A stretch of DNA of 64,000 nucleotides, taken from positions 488-64,487 of the forward strand of contig JAFGEQ010000011.1 in the NCBI GenBank assembly GCA_016931515.1, given 5' to 3'. Positions 1 to 10,629 of the stretch are shown here, one piece after another; position 1 is the first letter of the stretch, and every line of letters begins with the position of its first letter. The position numbers were made by a program, and so were the translations under genes. The DNA is from a candidate division CSSED10-310 bacterium (GTDB taxonomy: Bacteria; CSSED10-310). The notes under the pieces were generated by a model. It saw only the letters and a list, made by a program, of their open reading frames with translations. It made no database searches and had not been told where the DNA came from.

Positions 1-1761
1 TGCGGACTGTCTGGATCTTCCAGAATCCGGTTGAAATCGCGATCGCTGATAAGGGGTATATTATTCACTGAGACTATGACGTCGCCAATTTGCAACGGTG
101 ATGTTTCTGCGGGACCACCTATAATAATCTGTGAAATTACAACATCTTGCCCGATATTCGTCACACGTAATCCTGAGCGCAGACGGGTCAATGGAGGGAT
201 GTCACTGATATAGGAATTAAGGGGTTTGAGAGACGCAATGGTCGGCAATCCAGGCGCGATACTCAGAATGTCAGGTTTTGATGAATCCCTATGAATGAAA
301 AACATCTGACTGTGAAACGGTGAGTTCGCCGGTTCCAGTTTTGCAAATGCGATAACGGATGTATCTGTATCAGAAAGAGACGCAACCATATTTTCTACTT
401 TTGCCAGCCAGTTCGGGTCGTGTGGATTGAATGATGGGGAAGCCAGACTCTCTATTACTGACGCAACAACGGGTCTCATGCGATATCTGTGGGCTACGGT
501 TCCACGGATCACATTCAATTTATTCGTACTGGTCAGCCACTCGGCTAGAGAGATCTCACCTTCAATACTGAGGCCTTTATCTGACGACACACTGCCCAGG
601 AAAAGCACTGATGGTCTGGGTTCAGCCAGAAACTCGGATGTGTCGTCCGCTTTGAGTATTGTGGTTTCCTGCCATTTCGTGCCATCACTAAATTCAACGC
701 GGATTGTTCGTTCGCCCGGGCAAATCACAATATCCGTTAACGGTGTTTTGCCATACCATTCACCATCAATGAATACATTCTGGTCGGAAGGTATGGAGTC
801 TACACTTGTCCGAGTTTCTGATTTCGGAAGCACGACTAATGGAATGAAATAGTCGGCTGGTTCCAAGGTAAACGTATAGGTGATGGGCTGCCGGCAAGCT
901 TTTTCAAGCCTGATAGTACTTTCTCCTGCTGGAATCAACGGTATATAGATGGGTTCACTGAAATTAAAGGGATCGAACCCCATGGTCTGTAAAAGCAAGT
1001 ATTTCCAAGGTGTTACCGGTTGGGTCTGGATGGATCGGGGTAAAGTACTAATAGAGACAGACGTTCCGGCGGGGGAGACCCAGATGAAAAGACCGCCGGT
1101 GTTTCGTTTCAACTGGGCATTAATTACCCTTGTTTCCTGATGAACAATTAGAACTCTCTGTCTAAAACTGTCAAATCCGTTGTGAACTACTTCAAAGTCA
1201 TGCTCACCAACTGGAGCGAAGGCGTTATCCATCGGCGTTACTCCGAACTCCGTACCATCCATTATCACCGTAGAACCGACGGGATCGCTCAGAATAGTAA
1301 CAAATCCGGTGTGTTTCTCCCGAATCGCTTCGAACCATTCCGCTACTTCCGGGGTCGCCAGGTTGCCGGCAAGTGACACGGATGGCTCCTTTCTCAGCAA
1401 TTCATCAGCATATGATTCCGCCATGACCGGATCGCCTCCGTAATATAACAGGATCGCCTGAAGCAGGAGAGTCCTATGGATCAAGCTCTGCGCCTCCTGT
1501 CTGTCAGCGGGAGACAGTCTGGGCATCAGGTTTTCACAATGTTGACGGATCGAAAGCAACTGCTCGATACTGACATCTAATTCCGAATCTTTGACTGCAC
1601 TCTCAAGAACATCGAGTCTAAGAGACATCTCACGAAATGTTTTTGTTTGAGGCAAATTTTCTTCTTGTATCTGAGCGCACACATCCGTGAGAGGGCAGAT
1701 ACTAATGACCAACAGAATGGATGACAGGACTGCGAATTTATCGAAAACGGTATATTTCATG
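1..1761 (-). CDS. Partial CDS (5' end in window, runs off the left edge): secreted multi-PEGA-domain protein with C-terminal PDZ domain
   Basis: Reverse complement of 1759-1761 is ATG. My translation reads MKYTVFDKFAVLSSILLVISICPLTDVCAQ... (signal peptide) and stays open to position 1. It contains several PEGA-like modules (VIMDGTEFGVTPM, VFIDGEWYGKTPL) and a PDZ-like C-terminus (GLRVTNIGQDVVISQIIIGGPAETSPLQIGDVIVSVNNIPL). It is absent from the ORF track because there is no stop codon inside the window. Confidence 0.6.
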
Positions 1762-2868
1762 TTTTCTCTTATCAGTGATGTAGATGCTGCCGTCCGATCC
1801 GACGACGATTGCGGACGGCGATTTCAAAATATCCTCTTCCGGATCGAGGTTCACGGTATGCAGGCAGGACCCACGGGGTGAGAAAATCGTTACCGTCCGA
1901 TTGTCGTTAAGTATGTAAAGGTGTCCGAACCAATCGATAGCCATGGCAACAGGGTCGGCCAGAATGTACCCCGGACCCTTGTACGGTATTTTGACTTCAG
2001 GTGAGTTACCCACAGTGATAATCATCCGGGAGGTCGGCGACATCATCCAGCATCCTCCGTAAGGATGGGGCAGGAGCTTTTCATCTCCACTGGGAGCACC
2101 GATCGCTATCGGACCAAGATATTGACCATCCTGATTGAAACGGAGCATCTGAGTGTTTCTGCGATCAAGAATCAGCCACTCATCGCTGACTGTGAAAGCA
2201 GCATCGATAATTCTTTCAATATCACCTGCTCCCTGGAAACTGTACATTTTCTGTTTTTCCCAGAAACCATAATCCGTAATGATGACGGGATTATCCCCGA
2301 TCGCTTTAAGAAACCTGCTGTGATCGGGTAATGGTGTAGTCGGAGGTATGGCCTGGTATCGCCCTTTCTCATCCGGTGACAATGTTATCAATCGATAACG
2401 ATCCATGACCAGGATCTGACCGTTTTCCGTCAACGCGATATCAGTTGGACTCTCCATCTCAATGCCACTGATCTGAAAATGCCGATCGATTCGAAATTCT
2501 CTGCCGGGTATGTATATTTGTTGCAAAACACTCAGTCGATCAAGCAAAATCGCTTTGCGTTCAACAGAAATATCCGGATTATTTATGGCGATTTCCAACC
2601 ATTCCATCGCTATCGGCGCTTTATGAACGATCACACACACTTTTGCGAACATTTCACAAGCAGAGATACCATCAGTACCCGATGGATTTCGCCAGAGAAA
2701 ATCCAGGAGTGATGCTTCAGCTTTTTGCCAATCCTGACTTTTCATCATTTGCTCAATCAAAGCCAATGATCGCGGGTTTTCAGCCCGGCAAGTGAGAGAC
2801 AGTCCAATCGGGAGCAGATGTGAAAAAGCCGTGACAAGCAAGAGCAATGTCATGTAGCGTGTTTTCAT
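1738..2868 (-). CDS. Secreted NHL-repeat (beta-propeller) protein with TPR-like N-terminal region
   Basis: ORF 1738..2928. The likely start is the internal MKTRYMTLLLLVTAFSHLL signal peptide at about 2868. Repeated DGxxYxxD / NHL-like blades (SDGSIYITD, FGHLYILNDN). Confidence 0.55.
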   Translation of the reverse strand: MKTRYMTLLLLVTAFSHLLPIGLSLTCRAENPRSLALIEQMMKSQDWQKAEASLLDFLWRNPSGTDGISACEMFAKVCVIVHKAPIAMEWLEIAINNPDISVERKAILLDRLSVLQQIYIPGREFRIDRHFQISGIEMESPTDIALTENGQILVMDRYRLITLSPDEKGRYQAIPPTTPLPDHSRFLKAIGDNPVIITDYGFWEKQKMYSFQGAGDIERIIDAAFTVSDEWLILDRRNTQMLRFNQDGQYLGPIAIGAPSGDEKLLPHPYGGCWMMSPTSRMIITVGNSPEVKIPYKGPGYILADPVAMAIDWFGHLYILNDNRTVTIFSPRGSCLHTVNLDPEEDILKSPSAIVVGSDGSIYITDKRKHEIYRFR

Positions 2869-4106
2869 CTGGAACATCCTTTTACGACCGGGATTCGCCG
2901 TGTCTGACCCGATACGACCTTGACCCAAATGCTTTGCGCATCGCTACACTGACTCCATCGGAATTCCACTTTGTAAAGTCCGGGCGCTACTTCGTAGGTG
3001 CCGGGTGTTCTACCAATCTCGTGATTAGCAACGGAGACCATTGCGCCAGGTGGATCGGAGGACAGAGCCATTTTTCCCGGTGGGTCGAGAATGATCGATT
3101 CGGTTTTCCCGGGTTTGATTGTAGTGGATTGTTCCAGGTTCAACAAATAGTCGGGATTGACGATACGGACGATTTGTTTCCCGGATGAAACTTGCACGGA
3201 TGCTGATTTTTTATCCTGTATAACGCGTTTGGATCCCACGTATACATCAACGGGATAGCTGCTTCTGATATCGAGTTTCCCTTTTTTCTCTTCTTTTGTG
3301 GAAGATGTCTTTTTCGAATTCTTTTGAGATGATTCTTCCTTGGGCAGCTTGTTAAGGTTCAGTATCACCGGATCGGAAAGACCCTTTCCGGGCACATTCA
3401 ACTCAAAAGTGGCGGTTTCATATCCGTCTTTTACGGCCTTTATTTTCACTGTCTCGCCTGTTTTGAGTTCGTATTCCATCGGGGTTGTTTTATTGGTGGA
3501 CACACCATCGATCTCAATAACAGCTCCCGAGGGTTTTGACTTAATTTTAATCTTGACAAACTCCGGAGTGAGACTGAATCGAGCCTCGATTTTTTCTGGT
3601 GAGAAAACAATGTCCGCCTGATCGGATCGGCCGACGATCTCCGGAGGTTTTTGAGGGTCGGCCGGAATCCGGATCAATAATTTTTCCGGAAGATACGCAG
3701 GGTGTTGAGCGTCTAAGATATGTTCGGATCCTCTGGTCCAGGTAACCGGTATTTGAATCGGTTTTTCCAATACAACCATATCCAGTTTGACAGATGCATC
3801 CTGCGGTTCGATCGAAACAACGAGTTGACTCCGGATCGAATCATCTCTAAGTCCCAGCATCCGTAGAATTCCGTCCGCTCCAAGGAACACCGCTCCGAGA
3901 GATGACATAATTATCAGCACGATTAATATAAAGAAGGGTAATCTGAATTTTTCCCAAAAAGTCGGTTCGGACCAGTCGACATCTAAACGATTCATAACAA
4001 CCTCATCGGACCTGTTTACGGCATTAATACTAACCCCGTCGATATATCGAGGCAAGTAAATAACCATAAATAGTATCTTTATCGCAGTTCGAAATCCGTC
4101 TTTCAT
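2865..4106 (-). CDS. PEGA-domain membrane-anchored protein (single TM, Lys/Ser-rich linker)
   Basis: One TM helix (FFILIVLIIMSSLGAVFLGA) and two PEGA-like modules (AVIEIDGVSTNKTTPMEY, AMVSVANHEIGRTPGTYEV). Shares a 4-nt overlap with the upstream NHL gene on the same strand. Confidence 0.5.
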   Translation of the reverse strand: MKDGFRTAIKILFMVIYLPRYIDGVSINAVNRSDEVVMNRLDVDWSEPTFWEKFRLPFFILIVLIIMSSLGAVFLGADGILRMLGLRDDSIRSQLVVSIEPQDASVKLDMVVLEKPIQIPVTWTRGSEHILDAQHPAYLPEKLLIRIPADPQKPPEIVGRSDQADIVFSPEKIEARFSLTPEFVKIKIKSKPSGAVIEIDGVSTNKTTPMEYELKTGETVKIKAVKDGYETATFELNVPGKGLSDPVILNLNKLPKEESSQKNSKKTSSTKEEKKGKLDIRSSYPVDVYVGSKRVIQDKKSASVQVSSGKQIVRIVNPDYLLNLEQSTTIKPGKTESIILDPPGKMALSSDPPGAMVSVANHEIGRTPGTYEVAPGLYKVEFRWSQCSDAQSIWVKVVSGQTRRIPVVKGCSR

Positions 4107-4172
4107 TATTCTGTGTTAAAGATCGTTGCAAGGATGGTAGGATAGAGGAGACGGACGACGAGGGAGGACATT

Positions 4173-5660
4173 ATGCCGCGATCACTGCGAATAGCTTTTA
4201 TTGCTTCAGAATGCGATCCATTCATCAAAACCGGAGGTTTGGCGGATGTCATTGGTTCATTGCCGGGAGCCCTTCGGAGACTGGGTCATGAACCTGTAAT
4301 CATAGTTCCGCGATATGCTGGATTAAACCTTGAAAGGTTCAGACTCCGTCGGGCATTCGACAAGCTGGGGGTCTGGATGGGTAACTGCCTGGAATGGTGT
4401 GCAGTGGATCAGACGGCGTTGGATGATATCCCGGCCTTTTTTATTGAGAGTAATAAGTTTTTTGACAGGAATGGTCTGTATCATGACGATACATTCCGGG
4501 ATTATCCCGATAATGCCTACCGATTCGGCTTCTTCTCACGTGCTGCTTTGCAGTTACTGATTGATCTCAGACAGAAAATTGATGTCATACACATTCATGA
4601 TTGGCAAACCAGTTCCTGTGCAGCCTATCAGAAGATATGGCATTGGAATAACGAGATTCTGGGTAATACTGCATCGGTTCTGACCATACATAATATCGCG
4701 TACCAGGGCGTCTACCCGGTGGACTGTTACGAGTATCTCGGATTTCAATGGGGCAATTTTACATCCCAAAAATTCGAGGATCATGGTCGCGTCAATCTCC
4801 TGAAAGGAGGCATTCATTACTCCGACAGGATTACAACCGTCAGTCAAAAACACGCGGACGAAGTTCGCACGCCGGAGTATGCCTACGGCATGGCACCGTA
4901 TCTCAATATCAAAGCGGAACGATTCAGCGGCATACTGAATGGGATCGATTATTCGATCTGGAACCCCGAAATTGATCCATTGATCCCTGCTGTCTATTCT
5001 CGATTTGATATGACAGGCAAGGCAACCTGCAAACGGAATCTTCAGGAACGAATGGGCCTGACAGTCGACGCAACGATTCCGCTTATTGGAGTAATCAGTC
5101 GGTTTGCTTCTCAAAAGGGACTGCATTTATTCGCCGCTGCAGTCTCTGAACTGATGAATGAGATGATATTCCAGTGCGTGATTTTGGGTTCTGGAGATCC
5201 ATATCTCGAGACTTTTTTTCGGGAGCTTCCTGCGCAATATCCCGGCCGGGTGGCATCGTTCATTGGATTCAATAACGAGCTGGCGCATTGGATCGAAGCC
5301 GGTTCGGACTGTTTTCTTATGCCGTCGCTGTATGAACCTTGTGGTTTAAACCAATTGTATTCATTGAAATACGGCGCATTGCCGATAGTCAGGGCGACCG
5401 GAGGACTTGATGATTCGATTGACCAGTATTGTGAGCGAACGGGATCAGGGACGGGATTCAAGTTTTTCGAGCCATCACCGAAGGCACTGAGTAACACGGT
5501 GGGGTGGGCGGTGAGTACCTGGTACGACCGTTCCGGGCATTTTCGGCAGATGCAGGCTGCAGCTATGGAGAAGGATTTTTCGTGGGATGTCAGCGCTGTA
5601 GCATATGAGGATGTTTATTTTCAGGCACTGAATGACAGAATGGGTTCATCCGGAGTTTGA
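4173..5660 (+). CDS. glgA: Glycogen (starch) synthase, ADP-glucose type (GT5)
   Basis: N-terminal RIAFIASECDPFIKTGGLADVIGSLP (KTGGL motif). 495 aa, consistent with GT5. GGGAGG RBS before the ATG. Confidence 0.9.
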   Translation: MPRSLRIAFIASECDPFIKTGGLADVIGSLPGALRRLGHEPVIIVPRYAGLNLERFRLRRAFDKLGVWMGNCLEWCAVDQTALDDIPAFFIESNKFFDRNGLYHDDTFRDYPDNAYRFGFFSRAALQLLIDLRQKIDVIHIHDWQTSSCAAYQKIWHWNNEILGNTASVLTIHNIAYQGVYPVDCYEYLGFQWGNFTSQKFEDHGRVNLLKGGIHYSDRITTVSQKHADEVRTPEYAYGMAPYLNIKAERFSGILNGIDYSIWNPEIDPLIPAVYSRFDMTGKATCKRNLQERMGLTVDATIPLIGVISRFASQKGLHLFAAAVSELMNEMIFQCVILGSGDPYLETFFRELPAQYPGRVASFIGFNNELAHWIEAGSDCFLMPSLYEPCGLNQLYSLKYGALPIVRATGGLDDSIDQYCERTGSGTGFKFFEPSPKALSNTVGWAVSTWYDRSGHFRQMQAAAMEKDFSWDVSAVAYEDVYFQALNDRMGSSGV

Positions 5661-5736
5661 ACACTGGAGATATCTTCTATATATTACGAGACTTGATAGT
5701 CCATGGACTTAGACAAACCGGGAGTATTCAGATAGC

Positions 5737-6849
5737 ATGTCAGTACCCAACTACCTGGAATTTGCAACTAGGATTTTTCACAAGCGGAATGCTCTGCCGC
5801 ATTATCTCGTTTTTTTTGTCACGAAAAACTGCACGGCTCATTGCAAGCATTGCTTGCTAGGTGATGGTCAGCAAAGCTCCAACGAGCTGACTCTCGAAGA
5901 GATCGAGATGATGACGAAACACATGGATCCCCTGCTGTTTCTACTCATCACAGGAGGTGATCCATTTCTAAGGAATGATATCGCGCAGATCGTGCAGATT
6001 TTCTATAAAAATCCTGGATTTCGTAATTTAGGGATCCCATCGAATGGTTTTCTGACCGATAGAATCGTCGAGCAGAGTGAACGCATTTTAAGGGAGTGTC
6101 CGGGGATCGAGTTTGCGGTGGACATCAGTATCGACGGGATTGGAGCAGACCATGACGAGATTCGTCAGAAACCGGGACTTTTTGAAAAAGCGGTTGCAAC
6201 ATATCGTGAATTGGAAAAACTGACGAAACGGTATCAAAATTTCAACCTGAATATCGCAGTAACTGTTTCACATTATAATCATGACAAGCTTGATGCCATT
6301 TATAATTATCTTCGTAATGAGCTGGACGTAAAAACGATTAATCATCTTTTATGCAGGGGCAATCCACGAGACAAAGAAGCCCTCGATGTTGACATGGAGA
6401 ATTACCGGCGATTCTCCGATCGTCTGGACGAGGATCTGACTCGGAGTGTGTTGAAGGGTTATCATGGATTTTTTGCCGCAGATCTCGTGAATGCGATGAA
6501 AACGATTCGGCAGCGATTAATTCGAAAAATCCGGGATGAGAATCGATTCATAGTGCCATGCTATGCAGCGAAACTGGGAGTTATTCTTTACCCGGATGGG
6601 AGTCTGGCACCTTGTGAGTTGAGGGATGAGATCATCGGAAATCTCCGTACAAATGGCTATAATTTCAGAGCTCTGATGGAATCGGAAGAGGCTCATCGGA
6701 TTCGTAATCGGATAAAAGAACAACGATGTTATTGTACCTATGAATGTTTCCTTACCAATGCCGTTATATTCAACCCTTTGCTGTTCAGTCAGGTACTGCT
6801 GGAAACTGCGCGTGTTAAACTGAGTCGACTTGTTTCGGGAGGCAGGTAG
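5737..6849 (+). CDS. Radical SAM enzyme with C-terminal Cys-rich SPASM/twitch-like domain
   Basis: CTAHCKHC (CxxxCxxC) near the N-terminus. C-terminal cysteines PCYAAKLGVILYPDGSLAPC...CYCTYEC. Stop codon TAG 6847-6849 is immediately followed by the ATG of the GT2 gene at 6850. Confidence 0.8.
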   Translation: MSVPNYLEFATRIFHKRNALPHYLVFFVTKNCTAHCKHCLLGDGQQSSNELTLEEIEMMTKHMDPLLFLLITGGDPFLRNDIAQIVQIFYKNPGFRNLGIPSNGFLTDRIVEQSERILRECPGIEFAVDISIDGIGADHDEIRQKPGLFEKAVATYRELEKLTKRYQNFNLNIAVTVSHYNHDKLDAIYNYLRNELDVKTINHLLCRGNPRDKEALDVDMENYRRFSDRLDEDLTRSVLKGYHGFFAADLVNAMKTIRQRLIRKIRDENRFIVPCYAAKLGVILYPDGSLAPCELRDEIIGNLRTNGYNFRALMESEEAHRIRNRIKEQRCYCTYECFLTNAVIFNPLLFSQVLLETARVKLSRLVSGGR

Positions 6850-7533
6850 ATGCATAAAGATAGAAAAATAACCGTCGTTATTCCATGTTACAACGAAGAG
6901 GGAGGTATCGCCAGAGTCATACCCAGTCTTCCTGAGTTTATCGATGAAATCATCGTGGTTGACAACAATTCTACAGATCGGACAGCTGAAGTTGCGAGTG
7001 CAATGGGAGCACGTGTTGTCTCGGAACCCCGTCAGGGATATGGATGCGCTTACAAGGCGGGCCTTCCTGCTGCGCAAGGTGATATTGTCGTGACGATGGA
7101 TGGTGATGGTACGTATCCCGCGCATGCCATCTCCTACCTTATCGATACACTGTTGATCGACGACCTGGATTTTGTATCGGCCGCCAGAATCCCCGTGCAG
7201 TGGGCGCATTGCCCCAACATGATCAAGCGATATTTCGGGAACATTGCTCTGAGCATCGTGACTTGCATGTTATTCGGTATTCGTCTGAGGGACAGTCAGA
7301 GCGGCATGTGGGTATTCCGACGCCAAATCCTGGATAAAATCCAGGTCTTGAGTGATGGGATGCCTTTTTCAGAAGAATTCAAGATCCGGGCTTTTCGTCA
7401 CGAATCGATTTTCGCCCGTGAGGTTCCGGTTCAGTTCAAGTATATTACACGCGTAGGCGCATCAAAATTAAACTTATGGAAAGATGGGTACCGTAACCTG
7501 CTGTATCTTTTCAAGTTGAGAAGGGAAATGTAG
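6850..7533 (+). CDS. GT2 glycosyltransferase of the polyprenyl-phosphate sugar synthase type (Dpm1/GtrB/ArnC-like), short form without C-terminal TM helices
   Basis: VVIPCYNEEGGI, VVDNNSTDRT, TMDGDGTY, DSQSGMWVFRRQIL (the DxQSGFR motif typical of Dpm1-like enzymes). 227 aa. Confidence 0.8.
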   Translation: MHKDRKITVVIPCYNEEGGIARVIPSLPEFIDEIIVVDNNSTDRTAEVASAMGARVVSEPRQGYGCAYKAGLPAAQGDIVVTMDGDGTYPAHAISYLIDTLLIDDLDFVSAARIPVQWAHCPNMIKRYFGNIALSIVTCMLFGIRLRDSQSGMWVFRRQILDKIQVLSDGMPFSEEFKIRAFRHESIFAREVPVQFKYITRVGASKLNLWKDGYRNLLYLFKLRREM

Positions 7534-7570
7534 CGGTTAGCGGCAAGAGGCGGAAGAGGAAGGCAACGCT

Positions 7571-8869
7571 ATGTTCAGGAGATTGAGTCTGTCGCGCGAT
7601 ACTCTGGCTTTGGTTCTTGCCGGTGGACGGGTGGATGAGTTGGCAGCATTAACGGTTCACCGTCCCAAGGCTGCCATGCCGTTCGGTGGTCTCTACCGTG
7701 TTATCGATTGCGTTCTGACGAATCTGGCGGCCAGTGGCATCAATCGGGTCGGCATTCTGAGCCAGTACAGGCCGCTGTCTCTGATGGATCATGTGCGGAA
7801 CGGCAAATATTGGGATCTCAGTGGCTATCGGAGAGGACTGAGTTTTTTACCCCCACATACAGGAGAAACCGATGCTGACTGGTATAAGGGTACAGCTGAC
7901 GCGTTGTATCAGAATTGTGCTTTTATCGAACATAACAGGCGAAATCTGACCCTGATAGTATCGGGTGACCACATTTACAGGATGGATTACCGCGGTCTGT
8001 TCGATCTCCACATGCAGAGTCAATCGGATCTGACGATTGCTGTCACGCCGGTGCCCGAGACCGAAACACAACGATTCGGGCAGGTCAAAGTGGGACTGGA
8101 CGGATTAGTGCAGGAGTATCTCGAGAAACCCGTGAAACCGATTTCCAACCTTGCATCGATGACGGTATATCTGTTTAACACCGATGTTCTCCTGTCGGAG
8201 TTACGGCAGAATGCCAAGACCGGAAAAACATTTCAGATTTATGATGAAATCCTGCCCGATCTGGTTAAAAGGGGCCGGGTCTCCGCTTTTATACATAACG
8301 GTTATTGGGCTTACAGCCGATCGCTGGAGGCATATTTCAGGGCGAATATGGATTGTCTCGGATCGAAACCGGTTGTCGATCTGGAGCAATGGGAACTCCA
8401 TACCAATCATGATATCGGACGGATAGGTGATCATCCGCCTTTGCAATCGGGCACAAAATCGGACATCAAGAATTCCATTGTCTCTCCGGGGTGTATTATC
8501 AAGGGGAAGGTTATCAATTCCATTCTTTCACCGATGGTCTTTGTTGATGAAGGATCAGAAATCGTTGATTCCGTTGTAATGGAAGGAGTGAGAGTTGGAA
8601 CCGGCAGCATCATCCATCGTGCTATGCTGGACAAGTATGTCTCGATAGGAAACAATGTCCGGCTGGGAAGAAAATTTACTCACTCAGAATCGGATTCTCA
8701 GACTATTCCGGGGTTATTGGAATGCGGCATCTCGGTTGTCGGGAAACGGGCAAAGATAGATGATGGCATGGTGATCGGTTGCAATGTTTTGATTTATCCT
8801 GATTCACAGCCAAAACATCAGCTTGGATTGAGAGTGCAGGATGGCACTACTGTTCATCTGGAGAAGTAG
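7571..8869 (+). CDS. Glucose-1-phosphate adenylyltransferase paralog with degenerate catalytic motifs (GlgD-like regulatory subunit)
   Basis: Full-length GlgC fold (nucleotidyltransferase plus C-terminal LbH). The N-terminal motif reads LAGGRVDEL instead of GGxGxRL. The Lys of the PxKSLASMG-like motif is Asn ([12 protein letters not shown]). GDHIY is retained. Confidence 0.75.
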   Translation: MFRRLSLSRDTLALVLAGGRVDELAALTVHRPKAAMPFGGLYRVIDCVLTNLAASGINRVGILSQYRPLSLMDHVRNGKYWDLSGYRRGLSFLPPHTGETDADWYKGTADALYQNCAFIEHNRRNLTLIVSGDHIYRMDYRGLFDLHMQSQSDLTIAVTPVPETETQRFGQVKVGLDGLVQEYLEKPVKPISNLASMTVYLFNTDVLLSELRQNAKTGKTFQIYDEILPDLVKRGRVSAFIHNGYWAYSRSLEAYFRANMDCLGSKPVVDLEQWELHTNHDIGRIGDHPPLQSGTKSDIKNSIVSPGCIIKGKVINSILSPMVFVDEGSEIVDSVVMEGVRVGTGSIIHRAMLDKYVSIGNNVRLGRKFTHSESDSQTIPGLLECGISVVGKRAKIDDGMVIGCNVLIYPDSQPKHQLGLRVQDGTTVHLEK

Positions 8870-8878
8870 AGGGATACC

Positions 8879-10165
8879 ATGAATTTACCACCGGTTTGCA
8901 TGATTTTGGCCGGCGGGCAGGGCTCCCGCCTCAACGCTCTTGCATGGCATCGGGCCAAACCAGCGGTACCCTTCGCCGGAATTTTCCGTCTGATCGATTT
9001 CACTCTTTCCAATTCATCTAACAGTGGGCTGATGAGAACGGGAATACTCACCCAATATCTGCCTCTTTCTTTGATGGATCATATTGGCACCGGTTCATCG
9101 TGGGATATGTCGGCGCGAACAAGGGATTGCAGAATCCTGCCTCCGACAGAAGGTGTGACAGCAAAAGACTGGTATCAGGGTACTGCACATGCCATTGCAA
9201 TGAACAGTGATTTTGTCTATCAGGGTAATGAGAAAGAGATTTTAATTTTATCCGGCGATCATATCTATCACATGGATTACCGGCCGATGATCCAGTTTCA
9301 TCGTGATAAAAAAGCTATATTTACGATTGCAACCATGCCGGTTGCTCCCGAAGAAGCTCACCGTTTTGGAATCGCCGTGACCGACTCAAATAATCGGATC
9401 CTTGAGTTTCAGGAAAAACCATCCTCCCCGAAAAGTACGACCGGTTCCATGGGAATTTATGTGGCCGACAGGGATGTTGTTCTTACACGGATGAAACACC
9501 TGATCTTGAAGGGGAAAACGGATATCGGTGCGCATCTGGTTCCGTCTCTGATTGGTGAAGGAAACGTATATGCATTTCCGTTCGACGGATACTGGAGAGA
9601 TGTCGGTACACTGGATTCATATTGGGAATGTTCGATGGATCTTCTGTCTCCGGAAACCAGTGGAGTGGATCTTGTCCGATGGAATATGAGAACCAACATG
9701 GAAGCATCGGGTCTGAGTCTCAGGGCTCCAAGCCGCTTCGGTGACTGCGCCCGTGTGACCGAGTCGATGATTGCACAGGGATGCAGAATCGATGGACGCG
9801 TCCATCGGTCCGTTTTATCTCCCGGCGTTAAAATTGGCGCCCGAGCGGAAGTTGTGGATTGCGTTATTTTCGATGACACAATCATAGGGGAGGGCGCTCA
9901 AATCTATCGGGCGATTATCGATAAAAATGTCTCAATCGGGTCGGGTGCACGTATCGGTCCGACAGGGAACGACGTGCGCAATCAATTGTTTCCCGATCAC
10001 CTGGGCTCCGGATTGACTCTGTTGGGAACTCGAAGTGTGGTACCTGCGGGTGCAAGCATTGCAGGTAATTGTCTCGTGTATCCGAATACCGTTCAATCAG
10101 ACTGGTCCCATGAGACATTGATGTCCGGTCAGACACTGCGTCCGGCAAAATTCGACAATGGCTAG
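8879..10165 (+). CDS. glgC: Glucose-1-phosphate adenylyltransferase (ADP-glucose pyrophosphorylase), catalytic subunit
   Basis: [43 protein letters not shown] all conserved. C-terminal LbH region present. Confidence 0.85.
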   Translation: MNLPPVCMILAGGQGSRLNALAWHRAKPAVPFAGIFRLIDFTLSNSSNSGLMRTGILTQYLPLSLMDHIGTGSSWDMSARTRDCRILPPTEGVTAKDWYQGTAHAIAMNSDFVYQGNEKEILILSGDHIYHMDYRPMIQFHRDKKAIFTIATMPVAPEEAHRFGIAVTDSNNRILEFQEKPSSPKSTTGSMGIYVADRDVVLTRMKHLILKGKTDIGAHLVPSLIGEGNVYAFPFDGYWRDVGTLDSYWECSMDLLSPETSGVDLVRWNMRTNMEASGLSLRAPSRFGDCARVTESMIAQGCRIDGRVHRSVLSPGVKIGARAEVVDCVIFDDTIIGEGAQIYRAIIDKNVSIGSGARIGPTGNDVRNQLFPDHLGSGLTLLGTRSVVPAGASIAGNCLVYPNTVQSDWSHETLMSGQTLRPAKFDNG

Positions 10166-10173
10166 AGAAGCTG

Positions 10174-10629
10174 ATGACAATATTAGAACTCGAACAGTCG
10201 GATGAATGGGGATGGGAAATGCCGGAAGGTAAAAGCAATCATCCGACTCATCCGAACCAGGCTCCCTTCAAAGCAATGCAGAGATATCTGGATGTCGAGC
10301 GATTACCGGATAGTCTGGATGTTGTTCGCGAAGTCAGGAATCAAGCCGTAAAGAAGCTGGAAATGCTGGATCAGATGCATAGGGAGTTGATCGGCAAGGC
10401 CCGCAGTATTATCGAAAAAGCCAAAGAGGATCTGCGCCTGCACTCGGTTCGCATGCATGCGGCTAAAATTCGTAATCGGATTTATTATCTCTACTCCCGT
10501 GACAAGGGTAATGAGCAAGAGTTTTTTTCAATACTGGATCCGGATGAATACCATGCAGCTGATCCCAACTCTCGTTACATTGGAGCGTACAGACTTAATG
10601 AAGACAGCTCCTGGACTCGACTCGAATGA
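10174..10629 (+). CDS. Hypothetical cytoplasmic protein (151 aa)
   Basis: ORF follows glgC directly. No recognisable motifs. Its 3' end overlaps the start region of the next gene. Confidence 0.4.
   Translation: MTILELEQSDEWGWEMPEGKSNHPTHPNQAPFKAMQRYLDVERLPDSLDVVREVRNQAVKKLEMLDQMHRELIGKARSIIEKAKEDLRLHSVRMHAAKIRNRIYYLYSRDKGNEQEFFSILDPDEYHAADPNSRYIGAYRLNEDSSWTRLE

Noticed and set aside
427-1376. Plus-strand ORFs of 60-141 aa in the first 1.4 kb
   Set aside because: They lie antisense within the long open minus-strand frame (1..1761) that encodes a signal-peptide/PEGA/PDZ protein. That frame is missing from the ORF track only because its stop codon is outside the window.
4554-5126. 190-aa minus-strand ORF inside glgA; similar antisense ORFs inside rSAM/GT2 (6517..7209), glmU-like (21647..22156) and others
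   Set aside because: Antisense to well-supported genes, no motifs.
5700-5711. 12-bp perfect palindrome AGTCCATGGACT between glgA and the radical SAM gene as an operator
   Set aside because: Single short palindrome containing an NcoI-like site, with no second copy or other regulatory context. Could equally be chance.
10457-10597. Using the ORF-track start (10457) for the GT-C membrane protein
   Set aside because: This would overlap the preceding 151-aa ORF by over 140 nt and add a non-hydrophobic N-terminal extension. Internal starts at 10544 or 10598 give a typical short cytoplasmic N-terminus before TM1. The start remains uncertain.
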